Assembly (NCBI GenBank): GCA_951406725.2
Contig: OX597815.1
Coordinates: 65,410,001-65,474,000, forward strand
DNA from: Octopus vulgaris
Taxonomy: Eukaryota
DNA: 64,000 bases
Reading direction: 5' to 3'
The notes below the pieces were generated by a model that ran no database searches, had not been told where the DNA came from, and saw nothing but the letters and a program-made list of their open reading frames with translations. Below, piece after piece: positions 1-12,720 of the stretch (position 1 is the first letter of the stretch; every line of letters starts with the position of its first letter). A program made the position numbers and the translations under genes.

Positions 1-250
1 GTGCAGAGTATTTGTTGAAGATATGATGTAATAATATCAGCCACTAACTTATTGACTGATTGTTTGGTATTTCAATACACAACTCTCCTCTCCTGATATG
101 TTATCTTAATCAATTAATTAATTAATAATTTCGATTTTGACATTAGTAAACACAATGAAACTAGCCTCTGATTTAAATTTCATTCCCAGTTTGAGTGTGA
201 GGAAGGAAATTAACATTCACACACCTGCATATAAATATATATATATATAT

Positions 251-545
251 ATCATCATCGTCATTTAATGTTTTCTTTCCATGCTGGCATGGGTTGGACG
301 GCTTGACTGCGAACTTGTAGGCCAGGAGGCTGCACCATGCTCCAATCTGATAGCTTGATGCCCTTCCTAACGCCAACCACTCTGAGAGTGTAGTGGGTGC
401 TTTTTACATGCCACCAGCACAGGTACCAGTCAAGCAGCACTTGCATCAGCCACACTCAAATGATGCTTTTTACATGCCACCAACACGGGTGCCAGTCAGG
501 TGGCACTGGCATTAGCCATGACTATGATTTCACTTAGTTCAACAG
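251..545 (-). mobile_element. RTE-LINE 3' tail / RTE-tailed short element
   Basis: Reverse complement of the tail of the RTE copy at 5480-5665 (gtggttggcgttaggaagggcatc...ccatgccagcatggaaag...atgatga). Confidence 0.7.
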
Positions 546-699
546 TGGATGAAGTGTTTTGCTCAAAAGCACAATGTGTTGTCAAATCTGGGAATCAAAC
601 ACACAATCTAGTGACCATGAGCACACAACACCCTAACCACTAGGCCACATACCTTCATGTATATATATGTATATATATATGCAATATATGGTATAATTA

Positions 700-1119
700 G
701 AAACAGAAAATTTTAGCCATTTCTCCACAGACTGAAAAATTGTTGAACAACCTTAATCGATTTTCAAACCTTATTGGATTTTCATCAGAGGCATCCAAAT
801 CATTCTGTCAGTCTCCAGAGAAACAGACAGCCAAATGGTTTATATACTCAACAAGTACAGCAGTTACCCTATGAAAGTGTCCCTAATTTGCATACTGAAA
901 GTGTTTCACACTTTATAAATACCCATGGTCTGTGAACGGGTATCTTAGTCCACACAGTATCAAGGTACGATATAATATATAATACATGGTCAGTAGTTCA
1001 TATATATGAAAAAGAAGCACACCCTAAAACATTAGGGCACCTACATTCAAGTCTGACAATCATTGATACTGCTAAGCGCTTTATAGGTGAGAAACCAATG
1101 GTCACTCAGCTTTTAACCT

Positions 1120-1121
<2 letters not shown>
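700..1121 (-). mobile_element. Penelope-like element (PLE) 3' remnant
   Basis: Contains a hammerhead motif; the minus strand near 870-910 reads ETLSVCKLGTLS, loosely like a PLE GIY-YIG C-terminus; flanked by (TA)n tracts. Confidence 0.4.
750..792 (-). ncRNA. Minimal type-I hammerhead ribozyme
   Basis: Minus strand gcct-CTGATGA-aaatc caataa ggttt-GAAA-atcgat-TA^aggt: intact core, 5-bp stem II, palindromic stem III, 4-bp stem I. Confidence 0.75.
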
Positions 1122-1154
<33 letters not shown>

Positions 1155-2004
1155 TTGTACACACAATATATATCCAGGTTGTATATTTCATGCATATTTG
1201 ATAAATACACACACCCACTGAAAACAGTAAATTCCTTTTATAAAAATCTTGTTGCATTTGTCACAAAATAATCTGGTTGAACTCATATTTTGTATAGAAA
1301 CAGTGTAAGTAAAGTTTGTATGTTAGGTTTAGTATAGTAGCACACCATGTGACAACACCCATCATGTAACACTGGTGGGTTTGTCACAATCAAGTCTCAC
1401 TAATTCTAATCTGTCAAGTGGAACAGAGGATGATCTCATGATTAGCCTTACAAATTTTTGTGTCTTAATGTCAGGTGACAACATTTTTGGTGCCAGCATT
1501 CACTCAACAGTGTCACCCTTAACTTAAGGCACAAAGAATATTATCAAGCGATATTAAACACATGGGTTTAGTAGATAACTTACAAACATTTGTAAGCCTA
1601 ATAACATGATCATTGTCTGCCAATCAAATTGTATCCTAAACAGATACTAATCTGAACCATGTTCTCTCTATAAAATCAAGAGAATTTTCAAACCCCAATA
1701 AAAAATGAAACAGTTGCAGTAGAGCCCCACATCTTTCTATCTCACTTAATTTTTGAAAATCGGAAAAATTTGTGAAACTAGTTAAGCCTTTAAAAATAAG
1801 CTATCTAAAAGACTCTCAGTGTATTTTCAACTTCTTTGTGTGTGTGTGCATGTGAGCATGCATGAGTGTGTGAGAGAGAGAGAGAGTGAGAGTGGTTTGT
1901 ATTTCCCTTGCATTCACTGGTATTAAACAATGGCTTCCTGACAGTGTTATTTATTTGCAGTCCACCATAGAGGCAAGTCTTGGTTTCTTGGCATGTCTTG
2001 ATAT

Positions 2005-2416
2005 GTTACACAATTTCATAGATATGTAAAGATAAACATTCGTACATGCTACAATGAATTCTACGGTTGGCTGTCGGGTATGCTATATTGTGTTTTTTCC
2101 TTACATGTCTTGAGTTCGTTGCACTGAAGAGCATAGAATGCATATTCTGCATTGATTGCGAAATCACAGGTGATATGTAACTAAATTCTGTTTTTAAATG
2201 ACTTGCTTTGAAGTTTTGCATTCGGTACAATTTGTTTATTTTAGTAGTTTTGACTGCGAGAGTCCCTCCTAGCGTGCGGTACCTATGAATAATAGTACCC
2301 TCTATATAATATAAATAAATATTTTCAAAGTGGAAAAATTTACAGATTTTTTCTCTTACGAGGTTTTTCTCGCTAACTACTGATAATTTCTTATAAAGAT
2401 TTTATCCTTAATTTTA

Positions 2417-2420
<4 letters not shown>
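2005..2420 (+). mobile_element. Non-coding PLE-like element carrying a hammerhead, ending in (TA)n
   Basis: CpG-retaining segment with the ribozyme at 2118-2181 and an AT-rich tail running into (TA)n at 2420-2495. Confidence 0.45.
2118..2181 (+). ncRNA. Type-I hammerhead ribozyme with stem-II insert
   Basis: gttgca-CTGAAGA-gca[23 nt]tgc-GAAA-tcac ag gtga-TA^tgtaac: 6-bp stem I (one G-U), intact core; predicted cleavage after 2175. Confidence 0.8.
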
Positions 2421-2500
<80 letters not shown>

Positions 2501-3469
2501 CACACGCACATATATATATATATACACATATACACATATATATACATATGTATGTGTGTGTATACATACAACATATACATATATATACATACGTACAGGC
2601 ATACATGTATGTGTGTGTATCACCTCAGCCCTAGGAATTATGTGCAATTTGATATTGACAATCAGTTTGATGGGGTGAAGGAGGTGGAGGTGTTCTCTTA
2701 TCATTTTCTCCTTTTAATCTATATTCTTTCTGTTTTATTGGAAACATGTGTCTATGGCACCAAGTTTTAAATAACATCTAACATCCTTCTAGCGTTGTTT
2801 CTTCAAATCAATCTGCTACATGGACAACTGCTAAGTTTCTTTTTTTTATATTTGATTTGATAAAAGAATTTAATCCTCCAAGAAGGCAGATATTCAAGTA
2901 TTAATAGGTATACAATGATATTGATAGATATGCAATTAGGTCTACAAGCAATATTAAGAGATATATCAACAGATATACCAATATTGGCAGTAATACTAGT
3001 AGACATACAAATGTTAATAGGTCAACTGTGTTATCAAATCAAATTCATGACATCAGGATTTTATTTGTGTGTGCATGTCTGTGTGCATGCATGTGTGCAT
3101 GTGTGTGTGTGTTTGCACATGCACGCATATGTGTGAATGGAATCCTAATCAGAATTTCCTTCAGTCTTGTGGTAAAACTTAATCAATTGCTCTTTAGGGT
3201 GACATTCCAAGTAGTCCTTGAGGTGGAAAGAAGGTGGAACCAATCTTGCTTTTCAACTATACATGGCCATAGCAGTTGTGATGGGGATAATGGTAGAGAA
3301 TGAGTGATAAATAGGTCTTCATTTCTTCTTATGTTCTTAAGAAATGTTTTGAATGCTTTAGTGTTTTTTTTTAAATATAACTGCTTGGTTCCCAGGAACA
3401 TAAGTAATTTAATTAAATTCTGTTCCTTAGCATTATTTCCGCTCTGTCCTCTAGCATATTTCTTTCTAT

Positions 3470-3710
3470 CTCTTTCTACCTGTTTCAGTCATTAGACTGG
3501 GGACATGCTGGAGCACCATTTTGAAGAATATTTAGCCAAATAAATCAACTCCAGAACCTTTTTTTATTTTTTAGCTTGGTACTTATTCTATCAATCTCTT
3601 TTGCTATATCCACTAAGTTACAGGGATGTAAACATACCAAAACCAGTTGTCAAGCAGTAGTGAGAGACAAACACAGAAACAAAAACACACACAAATATAT
3701 ATATACACAC
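3470..3710 (-). mobile_element. 3' half of the common tRNA-derived SINE
   Basis: Reverse complement of cttgacaacc...taacttagtgg...ccagcatg...gactgaaaca, seen in the full copies at 33764 and 62931. Confidence 0.7.
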
Positions 3711-3713
3711 AAT

Positions 3714-3751
<38 letters not shown>

Positions 3752-3755
<4 letters not shown>

Positions 3756-3975
3756 TCTAATCAGCATGCTTGCCTCCATGGGATTGAGAATCACCACAGA
3801 GACCAACCTCACAACTGCAGACTTCTTAGACATCATACTCGACTTGGGCTCCAGTACATACAGACCCTACTGCAAACCAAATGAGAGGCTAATGTACATC
3901 AACACAGCCTCCTGCCACCCACCCATTGTGTTTAAACACTTGGCAAAGTATGTTAGTAAGAGGATCACAAATCAT
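3752..3975 (+). mobile_element. Penelope-like reverse transcriptase fragment
   Basis: ORF 3766-3990, GLRITTETNLTTADFLDIILDL...YRPYCKPN...YINTASCHPP, matches the PLE RT C-terminal FLD...Y.KP...Y...S.HP pattern; begins right after (TA)n. Confidence 0.8.
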
Positions 3976-4604
3976 TTTTACCCTTTTTAAATTATTTACA
4001 TGTCTGTTCGATTGTTTCACATTACTTTATTCATTAAAACTTCAGAAGTTCTTACAACTTTGGTTGCCATAATGCTTTGCTTTGTTTAATATAAACTCCT
4101 CCTCCTAATGTTTTGCCTTCATTTTGTGATAGACAGCTATCATGCAGCTATCATTTAGAAAATGTCACATTCTAAATCCTGTTTTCTGATTAGGTAAAAT
4201 TGATTAATCTTTAAACCTCAGTAACACTTTTCTGCAATGTTTCTGGAACAAATAAATAACAAAATCGAATTTAATGTGGAAAATTATTTCAATATACCAA
4301 ATTTGAAAATTTTGACATAATTTTAAAATCTCACAATGTGACAGCAACAGGGAAGACCCCACAAAAGTAGAGACAGACAGTTATAGGACATCACACACAC
4401 ACACACAGTTACAAATGTACACACAGGTAATTACGAGTTTAAAATGGTGTATAGTAATCATATATATGCATGTGTGTATGTATGTACATGCACTATGCTT
4501 ATGCTTATCTCTTGCTTCCCATTGCTCTGCTCACTGTATCACTGCTATCCTGTTTTTCCCTCACTACCTCTATATACCCAGGTTTCACCAGTCACAACAT
4601 TCCC

Positions 4605-5665
4605 CTCACTCAGAGTAAAAGGCAGACTGTATGACGCGTGTGTACGAACAGCCATGCTACATGGCAGTGAAACATGGGCCATGACTGCTGAGGATATGCG
4701 TAAGCTCGCAAGAAATGAAGCCAGTATGCTCTGATGGATGTGTAATGTCAGTATTCATACTCGACAGAGTGTAAGTACCTTGAGAGAAAAGCTGGACCTA
4801 AGAAGCATCAGATGTGGTGTGCAAGAGAGACGTTTGCGCTGGTATGGGCATGTGGCAAGAATGGATGAAGATAGTTGTGTGAAAAAGTGCCACACCCTAG
4901 CGGTTGAGGGAACCTGTGGAAGAGGTAGACCCAGGTAAACCTGGGACGAGGTGGTGAAGCACGACCTTCGAACTTTAGGTCTCACTGAGGAAATGACTAG
5001 AGACCGAGACCTCTGGAAGTATGCTGTGCGTGAGAAGACCCGGCAGGACAAGTGAGACCATAACCCGTGGCCTTCTACATGGGATGTAGCCAGCCTACTT
5101 ATGCATACCTTCCCTTCTTGGGACACAAAACTCTACTTGTGAAGACCTGTTGAGGCAAGTGAGAATCAGAATCAGAATCAAAATCGATCAATGGAAATTG
5201 CAGCTGAGTTACCAGTGCCGGTGGCACGTAAGAGAACCATCCGAACGTGGCCGTTGCCAGCGCCGCCCTGACTGGCCTCGTGCCAATGGCACGTAAAAAG
5301 CACCATCCGTTCATGGCCGTTGCCAGCCTCACCTGGCCCCTGTGCCAGTGGCACATAAAAAGCACCATCCGTTCGTGGCCGTTACCAGCCTCGCCTGGCC
5401 CCTGTGCCGGTGACACATAAAAAGCACCATCCGATCGTGGCCATTTGCCAGACTCGTCTGGCACCTGTGCCAGTGGCACATAAAAAGCACCCACTACACT
5501 CATGGAGTGGTTGGCGTTAGGAAGGGCATCCAGCCGTAGAAACATTGCCAGATCAAACTGGGCCTGGTGCAGCCTTCTGGCTTCCCAGACCCCAGTTGAA
5601 CCGTCCAACCCATGCTAGCATGGAAAGCGGACGCTAAACGATGATGATGATGATGATGATGATGA
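4605..5665 (+). mobile_element. 5'-truncated RTE LINE with ~61-bp tandem repeats in its 3' UTR
   Basis: LRVKGRLYDACVRTAMLHGSETW...RRLRWYGHVARM...RGRPR with in-frame stops; five gtggcacRtaaRaRRcacc-type units; ccatgctagcatgg then a (gat)n tail. Confidence 0.9.
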
Positions 5666-6364
5666 TATATATATATATATATATATATGTCACAACTTAT
5701 AAACAAGGGCAAAAGAAAATTATTTCTAACAGTGGGTATATAATATGTGGAAATTGATGATTTAAAAGTCTGTTATTAGCATATTGGCATAGAAATAATT
5801 TTCTTTGCCCTTGTTTATAAGTTGTTTATAATTTTAACCTTTAAAGGTATTTTAATATGCTGCCACATTTTTGGTGAAATTTTTTTCTGTAAAAAACTTC
5901 GTCCTATATTAGTAGTAGATATATATATATGTGAGTGTGTGTGTGTGTGTGTGTGTCTGTGTGTGTCTGTGTGTGAGTGTTTCTTTGTGATAGACATCAG
6001 AAAAGCCACCTACCCCTCTCTCCTTAAAGGTACATATTCCTCACACCCACCTTCTGTGTGTGTATGTGTGTGTGTTGTGTATGTATTTACAAAAGTATGC
6101 ATGCAGCATTGCATGTATATGACAGCTGTATTAAAGTCACTATCCCATTGTCACTCAGTATTTGTTGCTTAGATAATGCTGTTATCATCTTCTCTAAGTC
6201 ACACTCACTCTGCTACTGCATTTCACTCCAACTAATACTTTTTTGCACCCTTCTCATTTTATCATATAATTCGCCCAACTCCATTATAGATTTTTATTGA
6301 AATCCAGTTAGTCTAGTATTGAATTGGATGTTAGTGTAACATATATATATTATCAGCAGCAGCA

Positions 6365-6900
6365 GTGTCTAACATCCACTTTCGATGCTGCCAAGAATTG
6401 GATGATTTGAGTGAAAACTTGTGAGCCAGGGAGCTGCACCAGGTTCCAATCTGATTTGGCAAGGTTTCTATGGCTGGATGCCCTCCCTAACACCAATCAC
6501 TCCAAGAGTTAGTAGATGTTTTCTATGCACCACTGGCATGGGTGGTGCCATTGACCTGACACCAGTATTAGCCATGACTATGGTCTCACTTGGCTTGACA
6601 GGTCTACACAAGCATGGTATATCACCTGCCACTGCCTTCATGAGGTCCAATCCTTGAATGGTGCTTTTTATGTGCCACCAACACAGGTGCCAGTCAGATG
6701 GCACCAGCATCAGCCATGACTACGATTTCACTCAACTTGACAAGTCTTCACAAGCACAGCATATTGTCTAACATTTGAAGGGTGCTTTTAACATACCAGT
6801 TACATGACACTGGCATCAGCCCTGACTACAATCTCACTTGGCTTGATAGGTCTTCTCAAGCATGGCATATTGCCAAAGGTCTCAGTTGCTTCTCATTGCC
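6365..6900 (-). mobile_element. Decayed RTE 3' end
   Basis: Reverse complement of the same RTE tail with degenerate tandem units. Confidence 0.65.
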
Positions 6901-6904
6901 ACTG

Positions 6905-7240
6905 CATGACATCTTGGGCAAGTGTCTTCTATTATAGCCTTGGGCCAACCAAAGTGCCTTGTGAATGGATTTGGTAGAGGGAAACTGAAAGAAGCTTGTC
7001 ATATGTGTGTGTGTGTGCGTGCGTGTATATTGTGTGAGTGTGTGTATTTTCGTGTCTGTGTTTGTCGCCCATCACCGTCTGACAACCAGTATTGATGTGT
7101 TTACATTCCCATAACTTAGTGGTTCAGCAAAAGAGACCACCAGAATAAGTACCAGGCTTTAAAGAGAAAGGTACTGGGGTCGATTCAGACCTCGTCATGA
7201 TGGTAGTCTAATGACTGAAACAAACAAAAGATAAAAGATA
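6905..7240 (+). mobile_element. tRNA-derived SINE (5'-truncated)
   Basis: cttgggcaagtgtcttcta...ggatttggtaga...(tg)n...gacaacc...gactgaaaca. Confidence 0.75.
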
Positions 7241-7257
7241 CACACACACAACAATGT

Positions 7258-7332
<75 letters not shown>

Positions 7333-8617
7333 TATATATACATATATATAATATAATATAATATACATATACACAGACATGACAGAAGTAAAAAGACACC
7401 CTTAAAATCATTAAAATTTATTTAACTCAGAAATTATACGTACAAATTATTTATTAATTGTTATAATGCGCATATTTAATATTTAGTAGACATGTCTACT
7501 AAATATATATATAAATACACTTAACTGGTTTCGCATTTGATTTTCAAAAGTGTAAGGTATGAAGAGTTGTGTCCCAAATTGTGTCTATTCTGGACAGTGT
7601 TGTAAAAATTGTTTGTTTTTAGAGATTCTATCTACCAATTTGTGTTCTTGAGCAAAACACTTCATTTTATGTTGTTCCAGTCCTCTCAGCTATAAATGAG
7701 TCCCAGCAATAACTGCTTTGGACTAGCTTCCTGTTCAGAAGATGAGGAGTGTTGTAACCTCTGCTGCTAATACACATTGAAAATCAGGTCCTTATGAGTC
7801 CAAGGGACAGACTGAAGTCTAACCCTAATGTATACAGAAATACTATTTCATCATTTCTGTTTAGGTTTTCAACTTTCCTTTTATTTTACTCTCATCCCAC
7901 TTCTACAATGATGTGGTAGACTAAGTTAAACACACATATAATTTTAAATTATCTTAGGCATTTTAAAAAAAACAAATACTTATGTGATTGAATAATAGAG
8001 TTTCAAATGCCAATAAAATTGATTTCTCTGAAAATGAAAAATGAAAATTTTAAGTTAACTTTTAAAGGGAAATGGTTTAACAAAAACTACAAAACAGTTT
8101 AATATAAACAAAGTAACTGCTAGAAAAAATAAAGGAAACAAAAACAAAATCAGAGTCAGTATAATCATTGGCTCTCCAATAAATTTAGATTACACATTAA
8201 GTAATTGTAGTCACATTATGAAAACAATGGCAAAAGCTCTATCATTTTGTACAGAAGTATTACAACAGTACCCATATTTATACATACAAACATATATACA
8301 TATGTATATAACCATACATACACACACATAATATGTCTATTATTCCCAAGCAACATTTATATTTTTGATGTAGGTGCAGCCAGAATAAATGGTACTGTCC
8401 ATGTGTCAAAACTATAATGGTATCTTTTGGCAGCTAAGGATGGGACATGTAAATTCGTTGTTTGTTTATATGTATATGTTCTTTCTTGTTAACCTTGTGT
8501 ATCCTGTTTTCTCATTGTTTTTGGAGTTACCCTCCATTGAGATTCTGGTTCTCATAAGGATTAGACTTGTTCAGGGAATATATAGTTTGTTGGCTTCATT
8601 GCATAGACACACATGTG

Positions 8618-8649
<32 letters not shown>

Positions 8650-9075
8650 TGCATGCACACACATGCACACATGCATGCACACACACACACACATACACAT
8701 AAGCAATAATTATATTTACTACCCTCATTGTAATAAATAATTACTTAAATTTTTTAATGATTTTTTTTTTCTTAGCAACTCTTTCAAATTTTGGTACAAT
8801 GGGAGGAATCTAGTTAATTTTATCAATCCCATTACTTAACTGATACTTTATTATCGACCCTGAAAAACTGAATGACAAAGTTGACCTTAGCACAATTTGA
8901 AATCACAATGTAAAAAGCCAAAACAAATGCTGCTAAACATTTATCTGATGTACAAACAATTCTGGCAGTTCACAACTATCATATCATTAAAAATGCATTT
9001 CCCTCTGTTTACATAATTTCAGCTTGCTTGTTGACTCACAGTACCAATCTACCATGTAAACCAGCAGGAAAACTG

Positions 9076-9106
<31 letters not shown>

Positions 9107-9524
9107 ACTCATGTGCACATATACCACCTAAAAAGATGGAACTTGTGTGAAGACATAAGACAAAGTATTGAAGGTCGATCTGAAGACACTGAGCCTTGCT
9201 TTATGAAGGAGATGAAAAAGTACCTAGATATCTGGTGCCTTGCTGTACTCAAGAAGATCTGTCTCCCACAACAGAATTGACATTAATGTTGGTGTCACTT
9301 AAAAAGCACTCATACTGGTGCCATGCGCTGGTGCCACATAAAAGGCACCCAGTACACTCTGTGGGATGGTTGGCATTAGGAAGGGTATCCAGCCATAGAA
9401 ACCATAAGAACAGACAATGGAGCCCTGTTGTGGCCCCTGGCTTTGCCAGCTCCAGTCAAATCATCCAACCCATGACAGCATGAAAAACAGACATTAAATT
9501 ATGATGACAATGATGATGTTACAT

Positions 9525-10542
9525 AAGATGCAAGGTCAGGTAAGTATGGAGGGTGTGGTAGGACACCCTAGCCAAACTATATGAATTTCTGCTAGGTCTT
9601 TAAGGACTTATGAAGTCTAGCATTATCCAGAAGGAATATGACACCATTTGATTGGTCAATGATGAATGTTTTTCATCAATTATTTTCTTTAATTGTTCTA
9701 ATTGGGAACAATAATTGTCTAAATTCAATGTATTATTTTACAGAAGGAGCTTGTAAAACATAATGCTCTTCCAATCCCACCAGATACAGAGCTTCACCTT
9801 CTTTGGATAATGACCAGCTCTTGGAATGGTTAAAGGGGTGCATTTCATTTTCTCCAGGAGTCATTTCACTCCACATTGTTGTAAACTATCCATTTTTCAT
9901 TATCTGTGATCACTCTTTCCAAAAGTCCATCATTTTTTGTTGTATTGGAGCAAAGAAACAGAAATGGAAATGTGGTTCATTAACTTTTTTTTCCATTTAA
10001 TTACGAGGCACCCAAACATCATAGTGATTCATGTATCCAACTGTTTTAAATGTCTTATAAAACTCATATGAGATGTGTGGAGTATCTCTATGACGTCTCA
10101 CGTCATGTGATCTGAATTATTTTTGATTAGCATTCCATTTTGATCAACCTCAACAATTGTAGACTTGCTGGAATGCTCATGGTCTTCCAGATCAAAATTT
10201 TCACTCCTAAACTTAGAACACCACTTACAAACAATCCTCTCAGCTATGGCACCATTTACATATCCTGCACATATCTTTTTTGCTGTTTGTACAGCAATTT
10301 TCCTTTCCATAAATAAGAGAGCATCAAATGATGAAAATGCATCTCATTTTACTTCATTTTCACTTTTAGCATAAAAACAGTAGAAATAAACTATCCACAT
10401 GGTAATCATACAGAAAGACATGTTGAAATATGTCACCCTTTACAAAATATATGTGGCATACACTTCTGTCATTTGAGAAATGAAATCACATGTTTAAACA
10501 CTACCAATTGAAAAATGGTATGAACTTTTGTTCCAACCCATA
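9525..10542 (-). mobile_element. Decayed mariner transposon
   Basis: Mariner HTH-like translation (KKICAGY..AIAERIVCKWCSKFRSENFDLED), VLPHPPYLPDL (YSPDL motif) near 9530-9565, and a mariner-type TIR tatgggttggaacaaaagttc at 10523-10543. Confidence 0.85.
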
Positions 10543-11620
10543 TATATATATGAATGCAAATAAACTGCATTCAGGTCTTTTGTGATGGAGAGTGAAATAG
10601 TTTGAGATGCAAAGCTAGGTTGCAAAGCTGGGTTGCAGTCATTCTTCCAAGGATGGCATCAAGTATTATCTCTTCTTCATGGCTGAGTATACTGCAATAA
10701 GGAAAGTACCCAGCAGTAAATAGGTGTGTCTAAGTGATATGAAAATGTTTAAATTAATGGTGTTATTGAAATGAATAGTCTAGCAGGGTACAAAGACAGG
10801 GTGTAAATTTAGCACACCAAGAGACAGGACCTATAAGAATAGGGTTCAGTTCAACTGTTAAATTAGTCAGTGGTTCAAAAAGCCAAGGAGGATGCCAGTG
10901 AATTGAATTTCACATCTTCCTTGAATTTTGAAAAGATCACTCCTACACATGCAGCCTGAGCTCAAAAGAAGTTTTTGTTCTACCTTGTGAAAGTTCTTTT
11001 GGAGGCTGGCTCTGTCAAGAGTTTACCATCCACCCTATAAATGGTTTGTGAAGAATACACTCATAAGTAGTGACTGTTGAGGACTCATGTCTACTATGTT
11101 ACAGTCTTCCAGGACCAATCTTTACCATGAAATGTGACTGAATGCTCAGGGTCACAGCTGGCCAAATAGAATTTCACAGCATAAACTGAAGAGTTAATGG
11201 TTCAAATCCTATCCTTGGCATTATTCTATTCACTGCCAAGGTACTTAACTCACACTAACTCAGTCTATCTAGATGTAAACAGTCATCACAAACAAATCGG
11301 TGTCTCAGCATGGCCACAGTCTAATGACTGAGATAAGTAAAAGATAAAAGATAGAGATAAACTTGAAATAGAGGGATCACTGTGTAGCTGGAGCCAGGAA
11401 TAACTGGGTTCAAATCCGAGTATGTGTATGTATGACATAGTAAGAGGATGTGAGCTTTTGCAAGGCTGAACTTGTCCTAGATTATACAATTCCGTGAGAA
11501 AGTCATCTTTCTTCTCATTCTTCCATCTAACGATAATGGGATTCATTACCACTAGGTAGGAAATTATGTGTTTGAAGAAAGTATATGATAATTATATAAA
11601 TATATGTGTGTGTGTGTGTA

Positions 11621-11906
11621 GAGGCACAATGGGCCAGTGGTTAGGGCAGCAGACTCGTGGTCGTAGGATTGCGGTTTCAATTCCCAGACCGGGCATTGTG
11701 AGTGTTTATTGAGCGGAAACACCTAAAGCTCCATGAGGCTCCGGGAGGGGGATCCCTGCTGTACTCTTTCACCACAACATCTCTCACTCTTTCATGGTCA
11801 CTTAGCCAGCGGGGTGGCATCGTTTGAAGACTAAAACTATGTGAAGCGCATTGTGACCAGTGATGTGTAGCAACATCTGATAGCCTGGTCGGTCACAGTG
11901 ATCACA

Positions 11907-11910
<4 letters not shown>
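11621..11910 (+). mobile_element. tRNA-headed SINE (second family)
   Basis: A/B-box-like head ggcacaatgggccagtggttagggc...ggtttcaattccc followed by a non-tRNA body ending at (TA)n. Confidence 0.65.
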
Positions 11911-11940
<30 letters not shown>

Positions 11941-11943
<3 letters not shown>

Positions 11944-12358
11944 TCATCATCGTCTGCTTTAACGTTCGCTTCCATGCTAGCATGGGTTGTACAATTTTGA
12001 CTGAGGGCTGGCGAACCAGATGGCTGCACCAGGCTCCAATCTTGATTTGGCAGAGTTTCTACAGCTGGATACTCTTCCTAATGCCAACCACTCCGAGAGT
12101 GTAGTGGGTGCTTTTTACGTGTCACTGGCACAGGGGCCAGTCAGGTGGTACTGGCAAGGTACCAGTCAGGTGGTACCTGGCTCAAATCTTTTTACACATG
12201 CCACCAGCACAGGTGCCAGTAAGGTGATATTGGTAAAAATCATGCTCAAATGGCACCCTCTTGTGTGCCACCGGCATGGAAGCCAGTTGGCTGCTCTGGC
12301 AATGATCACACTTGGATAGTGCTCTTGGCACCCTACTAGCCCGGGCCCTAGTGCCAGT
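11941..12358 (-). mobile_element. RTE-tailed element
   Basis: Reverse complement of the RTE tail, including ccatgctagcatgg and aaaaagcacccactacactc. Confidence 0.75.
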
Positions 12359-12377
12359 ATATATATATATATATATA

Positions 12378-12720
12378 ACGGAAAGCTTACGAAAATAAAC
12401 AAAAGACGAAGGCAGGTGGAGTACAAACAAACAATTGTATTAGTATGGCGCTCAGGAATAGAAATAAAACAAGTCTTTTACGTTTCGAGCCTACGCTCTT
12501 CAACAGAAAGATACACAGAAAAGATACACGGAGAGAAACAAGGAGAGAAAAAAATGCATGCAGGAGCTAACGATTCAACATGGCAGTCTGATTTCGGCCA
12601 GAAGTCAGAGATCAGACGTTTGACACAAGAGGGATAGTAGGGGAGATAACAAGGTCAAATGACCTCGCCCCAACATAAGGGTGCGTGTGTGTATGAGAGA
12701 GTATGTATTGTGTGTGTGTG
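12378..12720 (-). mobile_element. PLE-like non-autonomous element
   Basis: Abuts (TA)n and carries a hammerhead variant; diverged relatives at about 37690-37900 and 46648-46860. Confidence 0.55.
12475..12510 (-). ncRNA. Minimal hammerhead variant (core CUGUUGA)
   Basis: cttt-CTGTTGA-a-gagc gtag gctc-GAAA-cg-TA^aaag: perfect 4-bp stems I and II, palindromic ACGT at stem III, A6-to-U change in the core. Confidence 0.65.

Noticed and set aside
2885-3025. Periodic atatt.atagatat-like sequence giving an I/D/L-rich ORF
   Set aside because: Looks like an eroded minisatellite with no evidence of coding function.
5215-5490. Regularly spaced repeats resembling a CRISPR array
   Set aside because: The spacers are themselves repeated, the array lies in an RTE 3' UTR, the context is eukaryotic and there are no cas genes.
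11621-11700. tRNA genes (also 28115, 33764 and 62931)
   Set aside because: A/B boxes are present but there is no complete cloverleaf, and each continues into a SINE body.
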